Shown here piece by piece: positions 1 to 8,461 of a DNA stretch of 64,000 nt (position 1 is the stretch's first letter; each line of letters begins with the position of its first letter). The stretch is from Bacteroidaceae bacterium (lineage in GTDB: Bacteria > Bacteroidota > Bacteroidia > Bacteroidales > Bacteroidaceae), in contig JAIKZH010000081.1 of assembly GCA_024682395.1 (NCBI GenBank), positions 6,623-70,622 of the forward strand. The letters run 5' to 3'. The notes beneath the pieces are model-generated. The model ran no database searches, was not told the DNA's origin, and saw only the letters and a list, made by a program, of their open reading frames with translations. The position numbers and the translations under genes are program-made.

Positions 1-1176
1 CCAGGATATTACTATTGGAGTCGTGAACCTGGAATGAAGAGATGGTACACAAGAGAGTGGATGAATTATGATGCAGCTTCATATAAGAAAGATGATACTT
101 TCTCACAAGCAAGTGGTAGAATAAAAGAAGCTTTGACAACTGCAGTTAAGCATCAGCTTATGTCTGACGTCCCATATGGTGTGCTTCTTTCTGGAGGATT
201 AGATTCTTCAATCATATCAGCCATCGCAGAGAAGTTTAGCGAACACCGTATCGAGAATGATAGCAAGACCAAAGCTTATTGGCCTCGTCTTCATTCATTC
301 GCAGTAGGACTGAAAGATGCACCAGATTTGAAGAAAGCTCGACTTGTAGCTGAACATATCGGTACTGTGCATCATGAAATAAACTATACTATTCAGGAAG
401 GACTTGATGCTATACGTGATGTCATCTATTTTATTGAGACTTATGATGTCACAACAGTACGTGCATCTACACCAATGTATTTATTAGCACGTGTTATCAA
501 GTCTATGGGTATAAAGATGGTTCTCTCTGGTGAAGGAGCAGATGAAATCTTCGGAGGTTATCTCTATTTCCATAAGGCACCATCTGCACAAGCTTTCCAT
601 GAAGAGACTGTTCGCAAATTGTCAAAACTCTATTTATACGACTGCTTGCGTGCAAATAAGAGTCTTAGTGCATGGGGTGTTGAAGGACGTGTTCCTTTCC
701 TCGATAAAGAATTCTTGGATGTGGCAATGAGCATGAATCCTGAGTTCAAGATGTGTGGACAGGATAAAGAAGCAGGTGCTGATAAGTTTATTATAGAGAA
801 GAAAGTAGTTCGTGAGGCATTTTCTGATTTGTTGCCGGAAGAAATTGTTTGGAGACAAAAAGAACAGTTCTCTGATGGCGTAGGTTATTCATGGATTGAT
901 ACACTTAAACGTATAACTGAAGAGGCCGTTACAGACGAACAAATGGCTAAAGCTGCTGAACGTTTCCCAATAAATACTCCAAAAAATAAGGAAGAATACT
1001 ATTATCGTAGTATCTTTGCAGAACATTTCCCTTCTGACAGTGCTGCTCGTAGTGTTCCAAGTGAAGCAAGTGTAGCATGTTCAACAGCGATTGCGTTAGA
1101 ATGGGATGAAGCATTCAAGAATCTAAATGATCCAAGTGGGCGTGCAGTTAAGGGTGTACATGAACAAGCATACTAA
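1..1176 (+). CDS. asnB: Asparagine synthetase (glutamine-hydrolysing), synthetase domain; 5' end lies outside the window
   Basis: Frame 1 is open from nt 1 (PGYYYWSREPGMKRWY...), so the ATG at 34 is internal. PP-loop motif SGGLDSS, plus EGADEIFGGY and FSDGVGYSW, are typical of AsnB-type synthetase domains. Confidence 0.9.
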   Translation, partial: PGYYYWSREPGMKRWYTREWMNYDAASYKKDDTFSQASGRIKEALTTAVKHQLMSDVPYGVLLSGGLDSSIISAIAEKFSEHRIENDSKTKAYWPRLHSFAVGLKDAPDLKKARLVAEHIGTVHHEINYTIQEGLDAIRDVIYFIETYDVTTVRASTPMYLLARVIKSMGIKMVLSGEGADEIFGGYLYFHKAPSAQAFHEETVRKLSKLYLYDCLRANKSLSAWGVEGRVPFLDKEFLDVAMSMNPEFKMCGQDKEAGADKFIIEKKVVREAFSDLLPEEIVWRQKEQFSDGVGYSWIDTLKRITEEAVTDEQMAKAAERFPINTPKNKEEYYYRSIFAEHFPSDSAARSVPSEASVACSTAIALEWDEAFKNLNDPSGRAVKGVHEQAY

Positions 1177-1197
1177 AAAAATAGATAAAGATAATAG

Positions 1198-4080
1198 ATG
1201 GTAAAAATGGAAGCAATATTAGAATTAAGTGATGGTAGCAGATTTATAGGTAAATCTTTTGGATATGAGGCTCCTGTGTTTGGTGAGGTCGTCTTTAATA
1301 CAGCGATGACTGGTTATCCTGAGAGTTTGACAGACCCAAGTTATGCAGGACAGATTTTAACATTCACATATCCGCTTATTGGTAATTATGGAGTGCCTGA
1401 TACTGCATCGGGAGATGACAAATTACCTTTATTCATGGAGAGCGACCGTATTCATGCTAAAGCTATCGTCGTTTCTGATTATAGTGAGAATTATAGTCAT
1501 TGGAACGCAAAAGAATCATTGTCTGAATGGTTGAAACGTGAACATGTGCCTGGTATCACAGGTATTGACACTCGACGATTAACAATGTTGTTGCGCGAAC
1601 ATGGTGTAATGACTGGTAGAATAATAATTACTCCTTCTCAGCAGTCAATCCAGTTTGCAGCTGATAGTGCTAATAAAGAGGCCGACTCTTCTTTGAAAGA
1701 ATTTGTATATGATTCTGTAAACTGGGTAGAGATTGTTAGTTGTAAGGAAGTAATAACTTATAAGCCAAAAGACGCAAAATATCGTGTAGTTCTTGTGGAT
1801 TGTGGTGTCAAAGCTAATATAATCCGCTGTCTATACCGACGTGGTGTTGAGGTTGTTCGAGTGCCATGGAATTATGACTTCAATGATATGGAATTCGATG
1901 GCTTGTTCCTTGCAAATGGTCCTGGCGACCCAGAACTTTGTAGTGTAACAGTCGATAATATACGTAAGTTCTTGAATCGTAAGGATGTAAAACCATGTAT
2001 GGGTATCTGTTTGGGTAACCAATTATTGGCAAAGGCTGCTGGTGCAAAGACATATAAACTGAAATATGGTCATCGTAGTCACAATCAGCCTGTTAGACGT
2101 TTGGGTACAAACCAATGTTTTATAACATCTCAGAATCACGGATATGCCGTTGACGATAAAACATTGCCATCTGACTGGGAAGCATTGTTTGTTAATATGA
2201 ACGATGGCTCAAACGAAGGAATCCATCATAAAACTAATCCATGGATGTCGGCTCAGTTCCACCCTGAGGCATGTTCTGGTCCTGTAGATACAGAATTCCT
2301 TTTCGACGACTTAATCTCAATGTTGGAAGATGCTGCAGCTAATAAATTAGTTGGAGACAATCAGATAAAACCAATTAAAGAACAAACTGTAGAAAAGCCA
2401 AAGAAGGTGTTGCTCTTGGGTTCTGGTGCCTTGAAAATCGGTGAAGCCGGTGAGTTTGATTATAGTGGATCACAGGCTTTGAAGGCTTTGAAGGAAGAAG
2501 GTGTTGAGACTATACTTGTAAACCCTAATGTTGCAACAGTGCAGACATCAAAAGATGTGGCTGACCGTGTATATTTCCAACCAGTACAACCTGCATTCGT
2601 TGAACGCATCATAGAAAAAGAACGTCCAGATGGTATCTTATTGTCTTTCGGTGGACAGACTGCTTTGAACTGTGGTGTTGAACTATATAAGAGCGGTGTG
2701 TTGGAGAAATATGGTGTAAAAGTACTTGGAACTCCAGTTCAGGCCATTATCGACACTGAGGATCGCGACTTGTTTGTTAAGCGATTAGACGAGATTGGTG
2801 TTAAGACCATTAAGAGCGAGGCATGTAGCACTGTAGAAGAAGTTCGTCGTGCAGCAGAACATCTTGGTTTCCCTGTAATCCTTAGAGCAGCTTATGCTCT
2901 TGGAGGCTTGGGCTCAGGATTCTGTGATAACGAGGAAGAATTGCAACGTCAGGCTGAAGAAGCATTCTCATTCTCTCCACAGGTACTTGTTGAGAAGAGT
3001 CTTAAGGGTTGGAAAGAAATAGAATATGAGGTAGTTCGCGACCGCTTTGATAACTGTATCACTGTATGTAACATGGAGAACTTCGACCCTCTTGGAATCC
3101 ATACAGGTGAAAGTATCGTTGTGGCTCCATCTCAGACTTTGACTAACTCCGAATATCATAAGTTGCGTGCTCTTGCAATAAAGATAATCCGTCATATCGG
3201 TATCGTAGGCGAGTGTAACGTTCAGTATGCACTTGATCCTCAGTCTGAGGACTATAGAGTGATTGAGGTAAATGCTCGTCTTTCACGTTCTTCAGCATTG
3301 GCATCTAAGGCAACTGGTTATCCACTTGCATTTGTTGCAGCAAAATTAGGACTTGGATACGGATTGTTTGATCTTAAGAACTCTGTAACTAAGACAACAA
3401 GTGCCTTCTTTGAACCAGCTCTTGACTATGTGGTTTGTAAGATTCCACGTTGGGACTTAACTAAGTTCCAAGGAGTTAAACGTCAATTAGGCTCATCAAT
3501 GAAGAGTGTTGGTGAGGTAATGGCAATTGGACGTACATTTGAAGAGGCAATACAGAAGGGATTGCGTATGATTGGTCAGGGAATGCATGGATTTGTGGAT
3601 AATCATGAAATAAAGATTGCAGATATAGAGAAAGCTCTTCATGAACCAACCGATATGCGTATCTTCGTTGTGGCTAAGGCTTTGCAGAGAGGATATACTA
3701 TCGAACAGATTCATAATTTGACAAAGATTGACCTATGGTTCCTTCAAAAACTGAAGCATATCATGGATATTGATATGCATCTTAAACAATTTTCATATTT
3801 ATCAGAGTTGTCCGAGTCACTCGAATATACCGAGTTTATGGAATTCTTGGAAACTCCAGAATTCATAGAATTGTTGTATGATGCAAAAGTTTATGGTTTC
3901 TCTGATTTCCAAATTGCACGTGCATTAGGATTAGGTCCTGGAATGAACATGGAGAAAGCAGGTCTGCTTGTGCGTCAGTGGCGTAAGGAATTGGAAATAA
4001 TGCCAGTTGTCAACCAAATTGATACATTGGCAGCAGAATATCCAGCACAGACCAATTATCTTTATTTGACATACCATTAA
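1198..4080 (+). CDS. Carbamoyl-phosphate synthase fusion: CarA (glutaminase, class I amidotransferase) joined to the N-terminal half of CarB (carboxyphosphate ATP-grasp plus oligomerisation domain)
   Basis: N-terminal ~375 aa read as CarA (LELSDGSRFIGKSFG, GICLGNQLL catalytic Cys, FHPE). From aa ~402 (nt 2401) the sequence KKVLLLGSGALKIGEAGEFDYSGSQA starts a CarB ATP-grasp. The ORF ends ...DTLAAEYPAQTNYLYLTYH*, where E. coli CarB reads ...DTCAAEF...Y.YSTYE just before its second homologous half. No CarB-like coding follows in 4081-4272. Confidence 0.8.
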   Translation: MVKMEAILELSDGSRFIGKSFGYEAPVFGEVVFNTAMTGYPESLTDPSYAGQILTFTYPLIGNYGVPDTASGDDKLPLFMESDRIHAKAIVVSDYSENYSHWNAKESLSEWLKREHVPGITGIDTRRLTMLLREHGVMTGRIIITPSQQSIQFAADSANKEADSSLKEFVYDSVNWVEIVSCKEVITYKPKDAKYRVVLVDCGVKANIIRCLYRRGVEVVRVPWNYDFNDMEFDGLFLANGPGDPELCSVTVDNIRKFLNRKDVKPCMGICLGNQLLAKAAGAKTYKLKYGHRSHNQPVRRLGTNQCFITSQNHGYAVDDKTLPSDWEALFVNMNDGSNEGIHHKTNPWMSAQFHPEACSGPVDTEFLFDDLISMLEDAAANKLVGDNQIKPIKEQTVEKPKKVLLLGSGALKIGEAGEFDYSGSQALKALKEEGVETILVNPNVATVQTSKDVADRVYFQPVQPAFVERIIEKERPDGILLSFGGQTALNCGVELYKSGVLEKYGVKVLGTPVQAIIDTEDRDLFVKRLDEIGVKTIKSEACSTVEEVRRAAEHLGFPVILRAAYALGGLGSGFCDNEEELQRQAEEAFSFSPQVLVEKSLKGWKEIEYEVVRDRFDNCITVCNMENFDPLGIHTGESIVVAPSQTLTNSEYHKLRALAIKIIRHIGIVGECNVQYALDPQSEDYRVIEVNARLSRSSALASKATGYPLAFVAAKLGLGYGLFDLKNSVTKTTSAFFEPALDYVVCKIPRWDLTKFQGVKRQLGSSMKSVGEVMAIGRTFEEAIQKGLRMIGQGMHGFVDNHEIKIADIEKALHEPTDMRIFVVAKALQRGYTIEQIHNLTKIDLWFLQKLKHIMDIDMHLKQFSYLSELSESLEYTEFMEFLETPEFIELLYDAKVYGFSDFQIARALGLGPGMNMEKAGLLVRQWRKELEIMPVVNQIDTLAAEYPAQTNYLYLTYH

Positions 4081-4225
4081 TTATTGCGCATGTTATTATC
4101 AACTGATGCAACTTGATTACTATCATAAGTTAGCTATAAACAGTTTATCGTAGCATAAACCTAATAAAAACGTATTTTTTGCAGAATTAATAAATATTTT
4201 GGGTAAGTTTTTAAACAATTTTTTT

Positions 4226-4233
4226 TATTTTTG
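4226..4233 (+). promoter_or_regulatory. Bacteroides-type -7 promoter box (TATTTTTG) upstream of glmS
   Basis: Matches TAnnTTTG, 40 nt upstream of the glmS ATG. It lies inside the second copy of a 19-20 nt direct repeat (4173-4192 and 4226-4244). Confidence 0.45.
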
Positions 4234-4272
4234 CAGAATTAATACAGAATTATAAATTCATAACTAATATTT

Positions 4273-6120
4273 ATGTGTGGAATTGTAGGTTACATTGGAA
4301 AAACTCATGCTTATCCGATTCTAATCAAAGGACTTAAAAGATTGGAATATCGTGGTTATGATAGTGCGGGAGTTGCAATGATAAATGATAATGGCAATCT
4401 TAATGTGTATAAGGCTAAAGGAAAGGTTGCTGATCTTGAAGCCTTTTGCGAAGATAAAGACACTACAGGATGTGTAGGTATCGCTCATACACGATGGGCT
4501 ACGCACGGTGAACCTAACAGTGCGAATGCCCATCCTCATTATTCTGCTTCAGGAAGATTGGCACTAATCCACAATGGTATAATAGAAAACTATCTTACTG
4601 TTAAGGAAAATCTCGTAAACAGAGGTATTGCATTTAAGAGTGTTACCGACTCGGAAGTGTTGGTACAACTCATTGAATATATAATGCAGAGCAATAATCT
4701 AGAACTTCTTGAGGCTGTCCAAGTGGCATTGCATCAGGTCATTGGAGCTTATGCTATCGCAATATTAGACCGCCAACATCCTGATACGATAATCTGTGCA
4801 CGTCAAAGTTCCCCTTTAGTGGTTGGCTTAGGTGATGATGGGGCTTATTATATAGCCTCTGACGCCAGTCCAATCGCTGAATATACAGATAAAGTTGTAT
4901 ATCTAAATGATGGGGATATCGCAGTGTTAAAATTAGGTCAGAAGTTGCATGTTGTTAATATGGACAACGAGACTCAACATCCAAATGTAAAGCAGATTGA
5001 TGTGACTCTCGGTCAACTTGAAAAAGGTGGTTATCCTTATTTCATGTTGAAAGAAATATTCGAACAGCCTGCTTGTTTGCGTGACTGTATGCGTGGACGT
5101 ATCAGTGTTGAAGGTTACCATATAACTCTTTCTGCAGTTATTGATTATCGCGATAAATTAATAAATGCACGACGTATAATAATTGTAGCATGTGGAACAA
5201 GTTGGCATGCAGGACTTATCGGTAAACAATTATTCGAAAGTCTGTGTCGCACTCCAGTTGAAGTAGAATATGCTTCTGAGTTCCGTTACAGAGATCCTGT
5301 GATATATCCTGATGATGTGGTTGTTGCCATTTCCCAAAGTGGTGAGACTGCCGATACATTAGCTGCAATTGAATTGGCACGTAAGGCAGGAGCTTTCGTC
5401 TTTGGTATTTGTAATGCGATAGGTGCAAGCATCCCACGTTTAACTCAAACAGGTGTATATATACACGTAGGTCCTGAAATCGGTGTCGCTTCAACAAAAG
5501 CATTCACAGGTCAGGTTATAGTGCTTTCTATGCTTGCTCTTTGTATTGCAAACGAACGTCATACCATCAGCGAAGATAAGTATAAGGAGATGGTCGCAGA
5601 ATTAGTGCGAATACCAGAAAAGATGGAATTGGCATTGAAGACCAATGAACAGATAGAACGTCTTGCTCCAATATTTACATATGCAAAGAATTGTTTGTAT
5701 TTAGGACGTGGATATAATTATCCTGTTGCACTTGAAGGAGCACTCAAACTAAAAGAAATCTCATATATTCATGCTGAAGGATATCCTGCAGCCGAGATGA
5801 AACATGGTCCAATCGCACTTATCGATTCTGAAATGCCAGTGTTTGTTATCGCTACACGCGACAAACTCTATGAGAAGGTCATAAGTAATATCCAAGAGGT
5901 TCGTGCACGTGGAGGTCGTGTTACAGCCATTGTTACTGAGGGTGATGAACAAATACGTAAGTTTGCAGACCACGTAATAGAATTACCTGATACAATTGAG
6001 TGTTTCCAACCGCTCGTTGCATCTATTCCGCTGCAACTTTTGGCATATCATATTGCGGTATGTAAGGGTAAAGATGTCGATCGTCCGCGTAACCTCGCAA
6101 AGAGTGTGACTGTAGAATAA
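4273..6120 (+). CDS. glmS: Glutamine--fructose-6-phosphate aminotransferase (isomerising)
   Basis: N-terminal MCGIVGY (Ntn Cys2), two SIS domains (SQSGETADT), C-terminal ...DRPRNLAKSVTVE; 615 aa, the canonical length. Confidence 0.95.
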   Translation: MCGIVGYIGKTHAYPILIKGLKRLEYRGYDSAGVAMINDNGNLNVYKAKGKVADLEAFCEDKDTTGCVGIAHTRWATHGEPNSANAHPHYSASGRLALIHNGIIENYLTVKENLVNRGIAFKSVTDSEVLVQLIEYIMQSNNLELLEAVQVALHQVIGAYAIAILDRQHPDTIICARQSSPLVVGLGDDGAYYIASDASPIAEYTDKVVYLNDGDIAVLKLGQKLHVVNMDNETQHPNVKQIDVTLGQLEKGGYPYFMLKEIFEQPACLRDCMRGRISVEGYHITLSAVIDYRDKLINARRIIIVACGTSWHAGLIGKQLFESLCRTPVEVEYASEFRYRDPVIYPDDVVVAISQSGETADTLAAIELARKAGAFVFGICNAIGASIPRLTQTGVYIHVGPEIGVASTKAFTGQVIVLSMLALCIANERHTISEDKYKEMVAELVRIPEKMELALKTNEQIERLAPIFTYAKNCLYLGRGYNYPVALEGALKLKEISYIHAEGYPAAEMKHGPIALIDSEMPVFVIATRDKLYEKVISNIQEVRARGGRVTAIVTEGDEQIRKFADHVIELPDTIECFQPLVASIPLQLLAYHIAVCKGKDVDRPRNLAKSVTVE

Positions 6121-6189
6121 CCAATACTCATTTGTGAGTATATAGATTAGTAAATAGTTATCCGATTATAAGTGGATAATAACCTATAA

Positions 6190-6221
6190 AAAGGGGTATG
6201 TCGTAATTGGCATACCCCTTT
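6190..6221. terminator. Perfect 11-bp hairpin between convergent glmS and the LuxR-type gene (bidirectional terminator candidate)
   Basis: AAAGGGGTATG-tcgtaattgg-CATACCCCTTT sits between two convergent stop codons. Confidence 0.6.
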
Positions 6222-6278
6222 CATGTTTCTTATGATAATCCGGGCGTTCTTGATGAAAAGTCGCTAACGAGGATTATA

Positions 6279-7028
6279 CTATAAATCAATATCTTTTAGA
6301 TCCACAAGTTTATTAACTATACAATAGATAGTAATACCTGCAGGAGAGTGTATATTTAGTTTTTTTGCGATGTTTCTGCGGTGTGTAGTGATTGTGTGTA
6401 CGCTTAGGAATAGTTTTTCTGCGATTTCCTTATTTGACATACCTTTTGCAACACAGATAGCAATATCTTTTTCTCTGTCTGAGAGATTTACATCTGGTGA
6501 TGTTGGCTTTTCGTCGTATTTGTCACCATATTTTAATGCTCTTACAGCTGGTACGAAAAAATTGTCTTCAACCATACAGTGTATTGTAAGGTCTTCTTCA
6601 ACACTGCATAAGTCATTCAAAACATCTTTTATCTTCTCAGAGTTTTTTGAATTGGTAGAATAATGTTCAAAAAGATTCTTTAGTTCATGAAATTTATTCT
6701 CAATATCCTTATGGTGCCTACTGACAAGATTGTTTATTTGAGAATTATAAGGACGTTTTCCCTCTAAAAGATCATTTACATATCTAAATACATTCTCTTC
6801 CTCATATTTCATGTGATGTTCAACTTCCTTGACATACTTCTCGAAATATCTGAAAATAAGATATATAATATCGTTTTCTTCAGAATAATCAATAGTGGCT
6901 GCAAGTTTTTGTCGTAGAATAGGAAACTGGTAGTCAAGAAAATAATTGTGAGTTCGTTTTAGATAATTAAGTAACATCCTCACATTAAGAGCTTTTACAT
7001 CTGTTTCTTTATTAGAATTCACTTCCAT
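6279..7028 (-). CDS. LuxR/FixJ-type HTH transcriptional regulator with an N-terminal hemerythrin-like (HHE cation-binding) domain
   Basis: C-terminus LSDREKDIAICVAKGMSNKEIAEKLFLSVHTITTHRRNIAKKL is a classic LuxR HTH. The N-terminal ~170 aa carry spaced His/Glu motifs (LKRTHNYF, EVEHHMKYEEENVF, VSRHHKDIE, LTIHCMVEDNFFVP) resembling hemerythrin/RIC di-iron domains. Confidence 0.7.
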   Translation of the reverse strand: MEVNSNKETDVKALNVRMLLNYLKRTHNYFLDYQFPILRQKLAATIDYSEENDIIYLIFRYFEKYVKEVEHHMKYEEENVFRYVNDLLEGKRPYNSQINNLVSRHHKDIENKFHELKNLFEHYSTNSKNSEKIKDVLNDLCSVEEDLTIHCMVEDNFFVPAVRALKYGDKYDEKPTSPDVNLSDREKDIAICVAKGMSNKEIAEKLFLSVHTITTHRRNIAKKLNIHSPAGITIYCIVNKLVDLKDIDL

Positions 7029-7045
7029 ATTAAAAAGATTTTATA

Positions 7046-7053
7046 CAAAATTA
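7046..7053 (-). promoter_or_regulatory. -7 box (TAATTTTG on minus strand) for the LuxR-type regulator
   Basis: The plus strand reads CAAAATTA, 18 nt upstream of the ATG at 7028. Confidence 0.4.
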
Positions 7054-7188
7054 CATCGAAAAGGCTTAAGTTCCAAGAAATTAAAAAAATAAATATACAT
7101 ATTTATATCAATTTACTCACTTTTGAGTATTTTGCCGAGATTATATTAAAATACCCTAAAAAATTAACATCATCTTAAATAAATGTTG

Positions 7189-7196
7189 TACCTTTG
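7189..7196 (+). promoter_or_regulatory. -7 box (TACCTTTG) for the porin-feoAB operon
   Basis: Matches TAnnTTTG and would give a ~130-nt leader before the TTG start at 7334. Confidence 0.35.
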
Positions 7197-7333
7197 CCCA
7201 AGAAAATTTTGATTAAGATATTAAAATATAGGGTTTTATAAGGTTATCTCGGCTATTGTATTTTTAGGTATAGTTAATGATTTCTATTATTTCAGGTAGT
7301 CGGGGTTTATTCACAAAACAAAGGTAGATTATT

Positions 7334-8428
7334 TTGTTAAGAATTGTATTATTGGTAGTTGTAGCCCTAATATCCTCAAGTGTTAAAGCAGAGGAAAATT
7401 TTGAAAAGACAAGATTGCAGATTGGCGGATACGCCTCTTTTGCAATGTCAAGAAGTAGTAAAGGGCATGGAGCATATTATGTTCCGAAGGTTAGTTTAAA
7501 TCTTGACTACACCTTAAATAAAGGTTGGAAGTTAGGAACGGTTTTGGTCTTTGATCAAGGTAATACCGAGAGTTTTAAATTGATAGATGTCAAGGATAAG
7601 GACGGCATTGATTCAGGAGAAGGTAGTTTGGACTTTGAAGAAGCATGGATAGAAAAAGAATTTAATGAGAATCTGTCCATTAGAGCGGGAAAACTTGTTT
7701 TACCGGTAGGTGCGGTAAATATAGCTGATAATCATACTCAATTCTCTTTATTTGATGCAGAAGAAGAACAGTCTATCATGCCTGCTGCATGGAAGGTGTT
7801 TGGTGTAAGTCTTGAAGGTGGATTTCGTGATTGGGAATACCAACTGATGATGACACAGAGCCTTAATCCTACATTGTTTAATGGTCCAACATGGATAAGG
7901 GAGGGTATCTCAAATTCGTTGGGTAAAGCCGATAATTATGGCGGCGCGTTAAGAGTTGATTACAATGGAATCTCAGGTATGCGTTTAGGTGTAAGTGGTT
8001 ATATTGACAAGAATGTGTCATTAGGTTCTTTTGATATGGAATATGATGATAACAACTGGATTGTAAGAGGAAATATCGACTATGGACATTTGCACAACTC
8101 TTTGGGTATTTCAAGAACAATTGAAACTGAGGTAGGAAAGAATGCTTTGGCTTATGCTGTTGAAGCGGGTTATGATATTTTCTCTCAGTTTCAGAAATTA
8201 AAAGGCCAACAGAAGATGTATCTTTATGCACACTATGGTTATTATAACACGATGGAGAGTGTAAGTAAAGGCATTGAGGTGGATCCATTATCAAAAAAGA
8301 ATATTTTTAGTTGTGGAATAAACTATCGTCCTATTTCTGCTGTTACAGTTAGGGCTGAATATCTGAATCGTCATTGTGATGGTAATAATCAGCATGTAAC
8401 GACTTTGGGATTGAGTTATTCATTCTAA
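7334..8428 (+). CDS. Outer-membrane beta-barrel porin-like protein (TTG start)
   Basis: Signal peptide (LRIVLLVVVALISSSVKA-EE), alternating amphipathic strands, and a C-terminal ...LGLSYSF (terminal Phe, a beta-barrel signature). An in-frame stop at 7325-7327 and no nearby ATG force a TTG (or ATT) start. Confidence 0.65.
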   Translation: MLRIVLLVVVALISSSVKAEENFEKTRLQIGGYASFAMSRSSKGHGAYYVPKVSLNLDYTLNKGWKLGTVLVFDQGNTESFKLIDVKDKDGIDSGEGSLDFEEAWIEKEFNENLSIRAGKLVLPVGAVNIADNHTQFSLFDAEEEQSIMPAAWKVFGVSLEGGFRDWEYQLMMTQSLNPTLFNGPTWIREGISNSLGKADNYGGALRVDYNGISGMRLGVSGYIDKNVSLGSFDMEYDDNNWIVRGNIDYGHLHNSLGISRTIETEVGKNALAYAVEAGYDIFSQFQKLKGQQKMYLYAHYGYYNTMESVSKGIEVDPLSKKNIFSCGINYRPISAVTVRAEYLNRHCDGNNQHVTTLGLSYSF

Positions 8429-8461
8429 TTTTTGTGTATTCGCAATAGATAAATATAAAGC

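Noticed and set aside
4081-4272. Possible glmS ribozyme or riboswitch in the 192-nt region upstream of glmS
   Set aside because: The region is extremely AT-rich, with no GC-paired helices or conserved core. It is better explained by promoter elements (a -7 box 40 nt from the ATG). To my knowledge the glmS ribozyme is a Firmicutes/Deinococcus feature, not a Bacteroidota one.
1198-4272. The CarA-CarB(N-half) ORF as a simple frameshifted or truncated carB pseudogene
   Set aside because: Not fully excluded, but the ORF ends exactly at the domain boundary, and no CarB-like coding potential follows in any frame before the glmS promoter. A recent frameshift would leave recognisable downstream CarB sequence.
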